In this document: positions 17,293 through 27,214 of the stretch, one piece after another
Position numbering within the stretch: position 1 is the stretch's first letter
Layout of the letters: every line of letters starts with the position of its first letter
Made by a program: the position numbers and the translations under genes
Sequence record: MN176217
DNA length: 64,000 nt
Reading direction: 5' to 3' (one strand)
Source: Escherichia phage vB_Eco4M-7
The notes under the pieces: model-generated
Seen by the model: the letters and a program-made list of their open reading frames with translations, nothing else
Told to the model about the DNA's origin: nothing
Database searches by the model: none

Positions 17293-17705
17293 TTGATAAT
17301 CCCCTTGATGTCTGATTCTGCCATAAAGATTGGAGTGCCGCTGCCAGGAACAATAGAGCGCGTTACTTTGTCGAACATATCGTTCTCTTCAACTTGAATA
17401 CGATAAAATTTATTTTTGGATGAAGATGGGCACAATCCAATAAATTTACCAATGCCGCGAACGCATTCATCTTCAAAGTATACTGTTTCACCTTGAATGG
17501 ATTCGATGTTTTCAACCGGATACACCTTGCGACCTAAAAGCCATTCATCCATGGTCGCCTGCAACACGTTTCGCGCATCCAAAATCCAAGGGTCAACTGT
17601 GGCACCTTCATATCGCGCAGCAGTGGCTTTTGCCAGCTCTTCATATTCGCACACATTTACTACTTCGCCTTGATGAAGGACGACAAATACAATTGTTGTG
17701 CTCAT
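17289..17705 (-). CDS. hypothetical protein
   Basis: ORF track 138 aa; 4-nt overlap with downstream gene. Confidence 0.5.
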   Translation of the reverse strand: MSTTIVFVVLHQGEVVNVCEYEELAKATAARYEGATVDPWILDARNVLQATMDEWLLGRKVYPVENIESIQGETVYFEDECVRGIGKFIGLCPSSSKNKFYRIQVEENDMFDKVTRSIVPGSGTPIFMAESDIKGIIK

Positions 17706-17800
17706 TTCAATCTCCTTTCGTTTGGTTAACTAAAATATAACTCAAAATGATACAAAAGCAAAATATTTTATGAACTATTTATGATTACTATACATATCAT

Positions 17801-17829
17801 TTGCTTACAAACACATGAATATTTATAAT
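17801..17829 (+). promoter_or_regulatory. sigma70-like promoter TTGCTT-N17-TATAAT
   Basis: -35 17801-17806, -10 17824-17829, upstream of portal RBS AGGTGG. Confidence 0.5.
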
Positions 17830-17867
17830 ATAGATTGATTCCCTTTCACTGTCAGGTGGCGTTAACA

Positions 17868-20243
17868 ATGAAAATTCTTGGCATAAAACTCTGGGAGAAG
17901 ACGCAACCAGAAGCCGAACCAGCGGAGATGCCGCCAGGCGACCCATTGGCACCGTTTGAACGCCTTGAAAGGCGCGGCAGCGGTCAACGCTGGGAAAAGA
18001 CTGAAAGCAATCGACCGACCTTTAAAACGGTTGATGACTTCCCTTTATATGAGCCTGATATCAACGGGGACGGTGTTGCAATCATCAAAGGTCGCTCAGT
18101 AGATTCAGCAACCGTATCCAAAAAAGTTATGGATAATGCCTTAAAGAACATCAGTTCAGAAGGGCAGGTGAATCCATACACAGTGCCTATTCAGCTGCAA
18201 AACTGGTACTTATCGCAATCATTTATCGGATATCAAGCTTGCGCCATCATCGCGCAGCACTGGCTGGTGAACAAGGCTTGTTCCATGGTAGGTCGCGATG
18301 CGGTCCGTAAAGGCTGGGAAGTAAAATCCAGCTCTGAGTCGGAATTGTCAGTACAGGCCAGCGAACGCCTAAAGCAAATTGATAAAGAATTTAATATCAA
18401 AGAGCACTTAGTTGAAGCCGAACGATTCAAGAATATTTTTGGCATTCGCGTCATCATATTTGACGTGCGCAGCGATGACCCAGAATATTATAGCAAACCT
18501 TTTAACATCGATGGTGTGACAAAAGGGTCTTATAAGGGAATCATTCAGGTTGACCCTTATTGGATGATGCCATTCTTGACGTCTGAAAACACTGCGGACC
18601 CTGCATCACAGCATTTCTATGATCCAGAATATTGGGTGATCAGCGGACAACGTTATCACCGCAGCCACCTCATCATCTTGCGCAACGATGAGCCAGCTGA
18701 TATTCTCAAGCCGACTTATATCTATGGCGGCATTCCTCTGACTCAGCAGATTTATGAACGTATCTATGCCGCTGAACGTACCGCTAACGAAGCGCCATTG
18801 CTGGCGATGTCTAAGCGTACAACCACGCTGCGGACCGACGTTGACAAGGCGATTGCCAATGAGCGGTCGTTTGCCGAACGTTTGATGATGTGGATTAAGT
18901 ACCGCGACAACTATGCGGTAAAAGTGCTTGGTCAGAAAGAAGAGATGGACCAGTTTGACATCAACTTGTCAGACTTCGACAGCATCATCATGAACCAGTA
19001 CCAGCTGGTGGCCGCAATCGCAAAAGTTCCGTCGACAAAACTGTTAGGGACGTCACCTAAAGGCTTTAACGCCACTGGTGAGTTCGAAATGGTCAGCTAT
19101 CACGAAGAATTGGAGACTTGTCAGCAGCACGATTTGACGAAGATTCTTGACCGTCACTATAAAATCCTTTTGAAATCTGAAGGTGTTGAAGTCGACGTTA
19201 AAGTGGCATGGGAGCCAGTTGGTTCACTTACTGCTACTCAGCTTGCAGAGATTAACGACAAACGAGCGAATACTGGTAAGACTCTCATTGATGCTGGCGT
19301 CATCTCCCCTGATGAAGAGCGCGACCGCATCAAGGACGACAAAAACAGCGGCTACAACCGTTTGCCAGAAGATACAGCAGAAGAAACCCCAGGGATGTCT
19401 CCAGAGAATATGGCATTGCTTGGCAAGTCTGCTGGTGAAGTTCTGCAAGGCAAAGCCGATATTGAACAGGCCAAAGCTGATGTCGTCAAGATGAGCGGCC
19501 AGTTCTATAGTAAGACTGGTATCATGCCGGAAGGTGCCGCGCGCGGTGAGTTGGCAGAAAACCCTGACAGGGCACCAGTTGAGATTAACATGGATGATAC
19601 CGATGACGAATCAAGCCATCAGGTTGATGTCCTAACGCAACTGAAAGAAGGTCTGGAGGGTATTGCTGACTATTACCTTAAAGAAGGTCAGGATGTGGAT
19701 TTTGACCCTCAAAAAGACGCAAGGTCTGTGCAGCCGTCTACCCTTCCAAGCGTAAAAGGAAATGTGGTGAATTTACGCCACAACGTAGGGAAGATGGATG
19801 CCGCATCGCTGCCTAAGATGAAGTTGCATGGAATGATTCTTGGAATCGAGAATCCTCGCAACAGCATTCGCAGGGGTAACAGCCTTGATGGTGAATGGGC
19901 AGTTAAGATGCCGCACCATTACGGATTCATCAAAGGAACCAAGGGCGCTGATGGTGATGAAGTCGACTGCTTTGTTGGACCAAATATGAAGTCGCCTAAA
20001 GTATTCATCATTAACCAAAATGATAATTATTCTGGCGAATTTGATGAACACAAGTGTATGCTTGGATTCGATTCAGCAGAAGAAGCGAAAGAAGCATATC
20101 AGGCATCATTTGGTAACGGTTGGAATGGATTCGACTCAATCCACGAATTGGATGTAGACTCATTCAAGGAGTGGTTGAAGGGTGATTGCTCTCAAGCATA
20201 TGGAGCACTCAATAATCCTACTAATTCACCGAAGCAAGGTTGA
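17868..20243 (+). CDS. portal protein with acidic linker and C-terminal inorganic pyrophosphatase-like domain
   Basis: Position after terminase, ~790 aa; C-terminal YGFIKGTKGADGDEVDCFVG ... DSAEEAKEAYQASF parallels family I PPase YGYI..T...DGDPVDVLV ... ENAEAAKAEIVASF. Confidence 0.6.
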   Translation: MKILGIKLWEKTQPEAEPAEMPPGDPLAPFERLERRGSGQRWEKTESNRPTFKTVDDFPLYEPDINGDGVAIIKGRSVDSATVSKKVMDNALKNISSEGQVNPYTVPIQLQNWYLSQSFIGYQACAIIAQHWLVNKACSMVGRDAVRKGWEVKSSSESELSVQASERLKQIDKEFNIKEHLVEAERFKNIFGIRVIIFDVRSDDPEYYSKPFNIDGVTKGSYKGIIQVDPYWMMPFLTSENTADPASQHFYDPEYWVISGQRYHRSHLIILRNDEPADILKPTYIYGGIPLTQQIYERIYAAERTANEAPLLAMSKRTTTLRTDVDKAIANERSFAERLMMWIKYRDNYAVKVLGQKEEMDQFDINLSDFDSIIMNQYQLVAAIAKVPSTKLLGTSPKGFNATGEFEMVSYHEELETCQQHDLTKILDRHYKILLKSEGVEVDVKVAWEPVGSLTATQLAEINDKRANTGKTLIDAGVISPDEERDRIKDDKNSGYNRLPEDTAEETPGMSPENMALLGKSAGEVLQGKADIEQAKADVVKMSGQFYSKTGIMPEGAARGELAENPDRAPVEINMDDTDDESSHQVDVLTQLKEGLEGIADYYLKEGQDVDFDPQKDARSVQPSTLPSVKGNVVNLRHNVGKMDAASLPKMKLHGMILGIENPRNSIRRGNSLDGEWAVKMPHHYGFIKGTKGADGDEVDCFVGPNMKSPKVFIINQNDNYSGEFDEHKCMLGFDSAEEAKEAYQASFGNGWNGFDSIHELDVDSFKEWLKGDCSQAYGALNNPTNSPKQG

Positions 20244-20244
20244 T

Positions 20245-21096
20245 ATGGCTTTTAAAGCTTCGAAAAAACGTGAACGCCGCTCACCCGATAGAATCGGGCG
20301 CGGCAGTCCGATAATCCCATCCAACGCTATTGCGATGGCCTATCGTCGTGAGATGAAAGGTCTTTGCTATACGATGATTGACGACTATCAAGCAGGAATT
20401 GCTGAGTGGCTTGAAAAGAAGCAGGTGAAAAAGTTCTTTGCGCAAGACTCTGCTGATTCAACTTTTCAAACCTTGATGAAGCGACTGCAACTGAAATGGG
20501 CAAAAGCCTTCGCCCGTGTCGGGTCAAAGATTGCCGCAGATTTCATCAAGTCAGTTGAAAAGGGCGCCACTTCTGCTACATTTGCAAGTCTTAAATCTGC
20601 AGGAATAGAAGCGCCAAAAGCCACATATAATAAATTCGTTGAGAACACTCTTAAAACAAGCGAGACGTTCAACACGACTTTAGTGACTAAGGTTGGCGAA
20701 GATATTCACAACAGGGTGTACGAAGCGGTGATGCTTTCGCTGACTTCGCCAGACCCAGCACAACAAGGCACGTCAGGCATTCAGGCGGCATTAAGAAATG
20801 TAAAACACTTCTCTGCAAAACGCGTAGACCTTATCGCTAAAGACCAAACAAGCAAACTTTATTGCGTATTAAGTGATGAAAGGATGCGACAGAATGGCGT
20901 TGAGGAATTTGAGTGGGCGCATTCAGGAGCAGGCAAAGAGCCGCGAATATCACATGAGCACGTCGACGGCATGAGATTCAAGCTTGATGACAAACGCTTA
21001 TGGGAAGTAGGTGGAGAACTTAAGTTCAAAAAGGGTGACATCGGTCCTCCTGGATGGGCGATACACTGCAAGTGCAGAAAAATACCAATTATCTGA
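20245..21096 (+). CDS. head morphogenesis protein (Mu F / SPP1 gp7-like)
   Basis: Position after portal; C-terminal HVDGMRF...HCKCRK motif typical of the family. Confidence 0.6.
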   Translation: MAFKASKKRERRSPDRIGRGSPIIPSNAIAMAYRREMKGLCYTMIDDYQAGIAEWLEKKQVKKFFAQDSADSTFQTLMKRLQLKWAKAFARVGSKIAADFIKSVEKGATSATFASLKSAGIEAPKATYNKFVENTLKTSETFNTTLVTKVGEDIHNRVYEAVMLSLTSPDPAQQGTSGIQAALRNVKHFSAKRVDLIAKDQTSKLYCVLSDERMRQNGVEEFEWAHSGAGKEPRISHEHVDGMRFKLDDKRLWEVGGELKFKKGDIGPPGWAIHCKCRKIPII

Positions 21097-21103
21097 GGTC
21101 ATT

Positions 21104-22024
21104 ATGACGATACCAATCAACACATTCCCTCTATCTGGACAAACTCCAGTCTTGCCTGCGGTGTATGCTAATGGCTTGGCGATTGTCTCAGAATTCACAT
21201 CAGATAAAAACCTGATTGTTCCATTGAGTCCGCCGCTTGCATCAGGGTATAACTCAGTAGGTCAATTCTTTATGATTGGCAATGATGGCGATTCGACCAG
21301 TAAGCCTAATCTGACATTGTCTGTACCTAAGATGGACATCACAGACGTTCAAACTGGCTTGACTGCATCAACAATCACCATTGCTTTTGGAGAAGCGGTG
21401 ATTATAGGAATGGAGTCTGGAGGGTCCAAGAATGCTGTCGCCGTTAAGGTAGTCAAATCCAGCGACAACCAATACACGTTACCAGCTGCGACGGATTCCG
21501 TTCTCGGCGGCGTCAAAATAGGAAGCGGAATAAGCGTCGCAGGTGATGGTACAATTAGCGTCACTCAATACTCATTGCCGATTGCGTCAGCATCTACTTT
21601 AGGCGGCGTAAAGGTCGGTACAACTCTATCAATTGATGGTTCCGGTGTGCTTAACGCAGCGGAAAGCACCGTCCAGAATGCCACGAACAGTGTTAGCAAT
21701 CCTCCAACCACTTTGGTTAATCTGGCAACCTTAAACCTTCCTGCAGGAAAGTGGCTTGTGACGGCAAGTCAGTTGACTGTCGCGACAGCAGGAATTCAAG
21801 CGAACACCGGAATTACAGCCAAATTGTCAACAAGCGATTCAGATATTACGGATGATGCATTTACGATGTCAGCGGGCATTCGGGCTGCAGGTCGTTTTGG
21901 CGGCAACATCCCGACAAAAATAATCACTCTTGCCGCGCCTGGTGATGTATATCTAAACTATCAGTGCACCGATGCATTGACATCTACCGTTCACGGACAG
22001 ATCACCGCAATTAAGCTGAACTAA
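21104..22024 (+). CDS. virion fibre-like protein with repeated ...LGGVK(I/V)G...S(I/V).G(D/S)G... motifs
   Basis: ORF track frame 21011..22024 trimmed to ATG after GAGGT; tandem fibre-repeat-like motifs. Confidence 0.45.
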   Translation: MTIPINTFPLSGQTPVLPAVYANGLAIVSEFTSDKNLIVPLSPPLASGYNSVGQFFMIGNDGDSTSKPNLTLSVPKMDITDVQTGLTASTITIAFGEAVIIGMESGGSKNAVAVKVVKSSDNQYTLPAATDSVLGGVKIGSGISVAGDGTISVTQYSLPIASASTLGGVKVGTTLSIDGSGVLNAAESTVQNATNSVSNPPTTLVNLATLNLPAGKWLVTASQLTVATAGIQANTGITAKLSTSDSDITDDAFTMSAGIRAAGRFGGNIPTKIITLAAPGDVYLNYQCTDALTSTVHGQITAIKLN

Positions 22025-22255
22025 AGAGGAAGTTATGCAAAAGATCATTCAGTCACGTTATGTTAAAGTGCGAAATATTAATTGCAACTCTTTGCTTTCT
22101 TGGAAATGGGCTGTTTATGACTCAATGTTGATTGGCGTTTTAGTTGCAGGAGTGCTATTTAATATTCACTGAATTCATCGGCAAAGGATTGCCGCGAGTT
22201 TTATACGTATAATGACGTATCATACGTATCAAGTAAGTTATTGTTTTCAAAAGAA

Positions 22256-22402
22256 TCTTACGGATGATACGGATGATACGCATCGCCGCCGTACTATATA
22301 GGAATTCAAATAAATTAATTTAAAATTATATATCTAATTTAATTTTATTTTTTTATAAACTCTTATATATGAAAAGTATCCGTATCATCCGTATCATCCG
22401 TA
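22256..22402. repeat. inverted-repeat element B: TACGGATGATACGGATGATACG arms flanking ~95 bp AT-rich core
   Basis: 22256-22280 and reverse complement at 22378-22402; further arm at 22461-22477; shares AATCTTACGGATGATACGGAT with element A. Confidence 0.8.
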
Positions 22403-22535
22403 GCACACCAGTGATAGCGCGGCTTATACACCGATACGGATAAAAATACGCCTCATTTTATCCGTATCATCCGTATCACACTAATAAAGGCGCGGCTATA
22501 TCGGTTGTTATACATATTCAAACCATAATTATTGT

Positions 22536-22564
22536 TTGCCTAAGTTTTTTTCATTAGATATAAT
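22536..22564 (+). promoter_or_regulatory. sigma70-like promoter TTGCCT-N17-TATAAT
   Basis: -35 22536-22541, -10 22559-22564, upstream of scaffold-like gene. Confidence 0.5.
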
Positions 22565-22587
22565 ACACAATACTTATTTGAGGGTGG

Positions 22588-24006
22588 ATGCGAATGCAAA
22601 CGGCACGCGAAATTGACAAAAATGGATTCTTGACGATTATGGGTTGTCCAATTTCGTCATTTGGCATTTTTGATTATTCTGCTGGTCAAGTTGGTCTTGA
22701 TGGTGATCCGAATCGCATCGTAAAAGTCTATCGCCCTGAGTCAGCGGTGAAAGACCCCGAAGCGATAGATTCATTCAAAAATATCCCTTTCATCGACAAT
22801 CACGAAATGCTTTCTGGATTTGAAGGTGATGAGGATAACACAGCACCCGAAGAGTATGGAGTTGATGGCGTTCTGACTGGCAATGTTTATTATGACAAGC
22901 CATGGATGCGCGGCGACCTTAAAGTGTTTAGCCGTCGTCTGAAGAAGGCCATTGATTCTGGAAAGGTTGACTTGTCTTTGGGCTATGACTGTGAATTCAT
23001 CATACAGTCTGGAGAGTTTGACGGGCAGCCGTATGAAGTGGTGCAGACAACTCTTCGCGGCAACCACATTGCTCTCGTGGACGTTGGTCGAGTACCAGGT
23101 GCACGGGTGCTGGATGGTCGTTGCTTTGACCATCTTTGTTTGACGACTGTAACACCATCCAACGAGGATTTAGACATGCCAAAACCGTTAAAAGGTAAAG
23201 CGCGTGATAATGCTGTTGAACAGCTGAAATCACTGATCCCTGCGCTCGAACAATTTCTGAATGAAGAGAGTACTGAAGCTGCTCATCAGGACGAAGTTGA
23301 AGTGAAAGCAGAAGAGAAGGACTCAACCGAAAATCGTGAAGAAGTAATGGTTGATCCAGAAGTCAAGGCAGAAGCAGAAGAAACCCCAGAAGGTGAAGAG
23401 AAGTTTGAAGTTGAAACTGAATCTAACGCTGGCGGCGAACTTCCGCAATTGATCAGCCAAATCGAAGCACTTATTGCAAAACTGAAAGGTGGCGCGGTAG
23501 GTGATGAAGAAGAAGTTGAAGCCGAAGTCAAAGACGAAGAAGTTGAAGTCAAGGCTGAAGATGTATCACCTTGCGACAAAGCTGAAGATGTGGTTAGCGG
23601 CCTGCAAAACAGCAACGTAAAGGGGGCTTCGGTCGAAAAAGATGACAAACCGACAAAAGCGGCGAAAGCGTCGCCAGGTCCAGCAAAAGGGGAACACTCA
23701 ATGGCATCTGATTCAGCAGTTGCTGCTTTCTACGCTGATTCTGCTCGTAAGAATAGCCTCTACCAGCGCCTGTCTAAAGTTGTTGGTGCCTTTGATCATG
23801 CAACTATGGACTCCAAGTCCGTAGCGAAATATGGCGCTAAAAAGTTAGGCTTGAAGTGCGTTGATGGTGCTGAGTTTGACGTGGTGGATAATTATCTACG
23901 CGGCGTTGAGCACGGTCAAAAACAGCGTGTAGTCGCAAAACAAAAGGCCGCTGCGGATTCTGCAGCAACTGACGAAGCATTTGAAGCTTGGTTGAAAGGG
24001 GAATAA
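22588..24006 (+). CDS. putative prohead scaffolding protein (possibly with N-terminal protease-like domain)
   Basis: 472 aa; long acidic E/K/V-rich central region; position between MuF-like and capsid genes. Confidence 0.45.
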   Translation: MRMQTAREIDKNGFLTIMGCPISSFGIFDYSAGQVGLDGDPNRIVKVYRPESAVKDPEAIDSFKNIPFIDNHEMLSGFEGDEDNTAPEEYGVDGVLTGNVYYDKPWMRGDLKVFSRRLKKAIDSGKVDLSLGYDCEFIIQSGEFDGQPYEVVQTTLRGNHIALVDVGRVPGARVLDGRCFDHLCLTTVTPSNEDLDMPKPLKGKARDNAVEQLKSLIPALEQFLNEESTEAAHQDEVEVKAEEKDSTENREEVMVDPEVKAEAEETPEGEEKFEVETESNAGGELPQLISQIEALIAKLKGGAVGDEEEVEAEVKDEEVEVKAEDVSPCDKAEDVVSGLQNSNVKGASVEKDDKPTKAAKASPGPAKGEHSMASDSAVAAFYADSARKNSLYQRLSKVVGAFDHATMDSKSVAKYGAKKLGLKCVDGAEFDVVDNYLRGVEHGQKQRVVAKQKAAADSAATDEAFEAWLKGE

Positions 24007-24008
24007 AC

Positions 24009-24626
24009 ATGACTTTCCAAACTAGTGTAGGCCGTCAATATACAACTGGCTTTCCTGGCGACATCGTTCGCGACGGCCCACAGCGTGGGAAGCCAGGCCG
24101 AATCGTTAGTGCCAACGACGGTGCAAACGTAAACGCCATCAGCCGTGTGTTTGGTTTTAAGGCTGACGTGTCATTAATGGGTACTGGCCAGACCAAAACC
24201 TTGGGCGCGCAGGACTTTGAAGTTGAACTGGGCGGCACCAATTACTATGGCATCCTTGGCAACAGCAAGCGTTACGCTCTGTATGGCAACTCTACTGGTC
24301 CTTTGGGTGCCAGCATGGTTCTGCCTCAATATAGCGAAGGCGAGTTCTACGATATGTGCACGGGCCTCGTAGTTGAAGTATTCAACCCAAGCACCAGTCC
24401 GCAGACGCTGAACTACGGCGACCTGCTCGCTTATGTACCTAAAGGCATTTCCAGCGGTAACAACCCGAACAACTTGCCTATCGGTGCAATTATCGCCTAT
24501 ACTGGCTCACTGCCAACTGGCATGGTTGCCATTCCAGGCGGTATCGTGATTGACCCGACTGCTATTGCCCTTTCCGGCCCAAGCGTCCAGTCTTCCACTT
24601 ATACCATTGTACAATTGACTCGTTAA
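24009..24626 (+). CDS. hypothetical head protein
   Basis: ATG 24009 after AAGGGG; in frame with ORF track 23988..24626; sits between scaffold and capsid. Confidence 0.4.
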   Translation: MTFQTSVGRQYTTGFPGDIVRDGPQRGKPGRIVSANDGANVNAISRVFGFKADVSLMGTGQTKTLGAQDFEVELGGTNYYGILGNSKRYALYGNSTGPLGASMVLPQYSEGEFYDMCTGLVVEVFNPSTSPQTLNYGDLLAYVPKGISSGNNPNNLPIGAIIAYTGSLPTGMVAIPGGIVIDPTAIALSGPSVQSSTYTIVQLTR

Positions 24627-24640
24627 TAGGCAGGTGAATA

Positions 24641-25780
24641 ATGACTCGCATTAGCCAAACACACTCTCGCCTCCCAGCGAGCAAGGTGCGCCCTTTTGAT
24701 ATGCAATCCGTTACTGATGCGGCTGTTTCCCAGCTTGCTCGTATCGGTATTGTGTTTGATTCCGCGATTGTGCGTGATCAGATTGAGCACTTAAACCGTG
24801 CAGGCGCTTTTCGCGTAGGTGACGCCGCGTTTACTGCGCCGCAGACTACTCCGTCAATCCCGACCCCGTTGCAATTCCTGCAGCAGTGGTTGCCTGGCTT
24901 CGTCAAAATCATGACCGCTGCTCGTAAAATCGACGAACTGGTTGGTATTGATACCGTTGGTCAGTGGGAAGATGCAGAAATCGTTCAGGGTATCGTTGAA
25001 CCAGCTGGCACCGCAGTTGAATATGGTGATTTCACCTCTATTCCTCTGGCAAGCTGGAACGTAAACTTTGAACGTCGTTCTATCGTTCGTGGCGAAATGG
25101 GCATGGCAGTTGGTATGCTGGAAGAAGGCCGCGCGTCTGCGATGCGTCTGAACTCCGCAGAAACCAAGCGCCAGCAGGCTGCTGTATCTCTGGAAATCAT
25201 GCGTAACGCAATCGGCTTCTATGGCTGGTACAACGGGAACAACCGTACATTCGGCTTCCTGAATGATCCAAACCTGCCAGCGGCGATGACTTCCAACACC
25301 ACTTCCGGCTGGGCTACTGCGACCTTCCAACAGGTGACTGCAGACATCCGTTTGATGGTTCGTCAAATTCGTGTGAACTCTCAGGACCAGATTGATCCAG
25401 AGAAGGTTGACATGACTCTGGCACTGCCGACCAACTCTATCGATTGGCTGTCCAACACCACTGACTTCGGTATTTCTGTACGTGACTGGATCACCCAGAC
25501 TTATCCGAAGATGAAGATCAAGTCTGCACCGGAACTCAACGGCGCACTTGGCAGCAACCCGACTTTCTTGAACGTGGCATACCTGTACGCTGATCACATT
25601 GATTCCTCAATCGATGGTTCAAGCGATGATGGTTCCGTATTCAGTCAGCTGGTTCAAACCAAGTTCATGACTCTGGGCGTTGAAAAGCGTGCTAAGAGCT
25701 ACGTCGAAGACTACGCAAACGCAACAGCAGGCGTTCTGCTCAAGCGTCCTTTCGCAGTCGTCCGTATGACTGGTATTTAA
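24641..25780 (+). CDS. major capsid protein
   Basis: 379 aa; gene order; strongly optimised codon usage (CTG, CGT, GGT, GAA). Confidence 0.6.
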   Translation: MTRISQTHSRLPASKVRPFDMQSVTDAAVSQLARIGIVFDSAIVRDQIEHLNRAGAFRVGDAAFTAPQTTPSIPTPLQFLQQWLPGFVKIMTAARKIDELVGIDTVGQWEDAEIVQGIVEPAGTAVEYGDFTSIPLASWNVNFERRSIVRGEMGMAVGMLEEGRASAMRLNSAETKRQQAAVSLEIMRNAIGFYGWYNGNNRTFGFLNDPNLPAAMTSNTTSGWATATFQQVTADIRLMVRQIRVNSQDQIDPEKVDMTLALPTNSIDWLSNTTDFGISVRDWITQTYPKMKIKSAPELNGALGSNPTFLNVAYLYADHIDSSIDGSSDDGSVFSQLVQTKFMTLGVEKRAKSYVEDYANATAGVLLKRPFAVVRMTGI

Positions 25781-25805
25781 TTGCTGTGATTACACAGTAA
25801 AACAC

Positions 25806-25835
25806 ATGGGGCGTGGTCGAAAGGCTTCGCCCCAT
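25806..25835 (+). terminator. stem-loop after capsid gene (possible terminator/attenuator)
   Basis: ATGGGGCG / CGCCCCAT 8-bp stem with 14-nt loop; weak U tract. Confidence 0.35.
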
Positions 25836-25895
25836 ATCAATAGACCTCAAGGGCTGTAGGGGCTTATTTGAGGCTTATATAAATAGGACTACAAA

Positions 25896-26360
25896 ATGTC
25901 AAAATACATCGTTTCAACTATGTCTATGTCAGTAAACTACACCTTCTATACGGAAGTGAAAGAAAACCCGAATGCAAAAGCTGGTTCAGGCGCTCTTCCA
26001 AATATTCGCAAACAGATTCTAATCAAGGGCGGCGCTGGTCTTACTTCAGAAACTTCCGGCTTTGGTGAAATGGCAAAAGGCGCTGACGGTGCACCTTTGT
26101 GGACTCCTGAAGGAATCGTCACCGTTGTAAGCGATGCAGATTTTGAGCATCTGAAAGATCACCACGTGTTTAAGCAGCATCTTGAAAAAGGTTTGGTGAA
26201 AGTCGTAAATCACGACATTGTTGGCAATCACAAAGCCGTCGCTAAAGAAGTTCGCAGCATGTCAGACGACCCGTTTGCGCCTATGACGCGCGAAACTGCT
26301 GACAAGCGCATCAAGGTGAAATTGAGCGGCGACCAAGAAGATGATTTATTCCGCGTTTAA
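25896..26360 (+). CDS. hypothetical virion protein
   Basis: ORF track 154 aa. Confidence 0.5.
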   Translation: MSKYIVSTMSMSVNYTFYTEVKENPNAKAGSGALPNIRKQILIKGGAGLTSETSGFGEMAKGADGAPLWTPEGIVTVVSDADFEHLKDHHVFKQHLEKGLVKVVNHDIVGNHKAVAKEVRSMSDDPFAPMTRETADKRIKVKLSGDQEDDLFRV

Positions 26361-26374
26361 ATAAGGTGAATGCC

Positions 26375-26830
26375 ATGTCATTAGATTACGAAAAGTTCAG
26401 AATTAAATTTCCACAGTTTGCTGATCAGGTTAAATTCCCTGACACAACACTTCAAGTATTCTATGACATGGCATGTGAATTTATTGAATCACAAGACAGT
26501 CCTTGTCGTGTTTTAAATGGCAGTAAATTGGAGCTGGCATTGGAATATATGACGGCTCATCTTTTATGCATAGCCGCAGACCAACAAGTGTCTGTGTCTT
26601 CTGGTGACGGAGTTGAACAAGGCGGCTTCGTGACTGGCGCAACAATTGGTGACATCACAGTGAACAAAGTCGCGCCGCCTGCGAGTGATGGCTGGGAATA
26701 CTGGCTATCAAGCACTCCATATGGCATGGCGCTGTGGGCGCTTCTTCAAGCACTGGCCGTTGGCGGCTTGTCATTCGGCGGTCTTCCAGAGCGTGAAGGA
26801 TTCCGTAAAATTGGTGGGGTATTCTGGTGA
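26375..26830 (+). CDS. putative head-tail connector/adaptor protein
   Basis: ATG 26375 after AAGGTG; position downstream of capsid. Confidence 0.35.
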   Translation: MSLDYEKFRIKFPQFADQVKFPDTTLQVFYDMACEFIESQDSPCRVLNGSKLELALEYMTAHLLCIAADQQVSVSSGDGVEQGGFVTGATIGDITVNKVAPPASDGWEYWLSSTPYGMALWALLQALAVGGLSFGGLPEREGFRKIGGVFW

Positions 26831-27213
26831 GGATTCCTGGCGTAAACTTATATCGAGTTGCGACAAAGGTTATCGGTCGCCAACCGATTCAATATTACAT
26901 GTACAAGGGGCGCACCCTTGATAAGATGCGCAACTATGTCACTACATATGAAAAACCAATCACCTTGCTTGCTTCGGTGCAGGCTGTACTTCGAAACCAA
27001 TACGTTGAGCTTGGTTTAGAGCTTCAAAAGAACTATGTTAAAATCTGGGTGGACAAAGACATTGTTGACCTTGACCGCGACGCTTCCGGCGACTATTTTG
27101 TGTTTGGTGGCAAAACGTACAAGATGGAAGATGAAACGACATGGTTTGACCAAGATGGTTGGACGACTTGCCTTGCCGTGGAAGTAAAACAAAGCTTTCC
27201 AGTGTCTACTTGA
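26827..27213 (+). CDS. hypothetical virion protein
   Basis: ORF track 128 aa; ATGA overlap. Confidence 0.45.
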   Translation: MRIPGVNLYRVATKVIGRQPIQYYMYKGRTLDKMRNYVTTYEKPITLLASVQAVLRNQYVELGLELQKNYVKIWVDKDIVDLDRDASGDYFVFGGKTYKMEDETTWFDQDGWTTCLAVEVKQSFPVST

Positions 27214-27214
27214 G

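Noticed and set aside
22025-22587. Inverted-repeat elements as an active transposon or MITE
   Set aside because: No transposase or integrase anywhere in the window and no obvious target-site duplication; kept as a regulatory or origin hypothesis
24854-25597. 247-aa minus-strand ORF
   Set aside because: Lies entirely within the major capsid gene on the opposite strand; no RBS; His/Cys/Arg-rich
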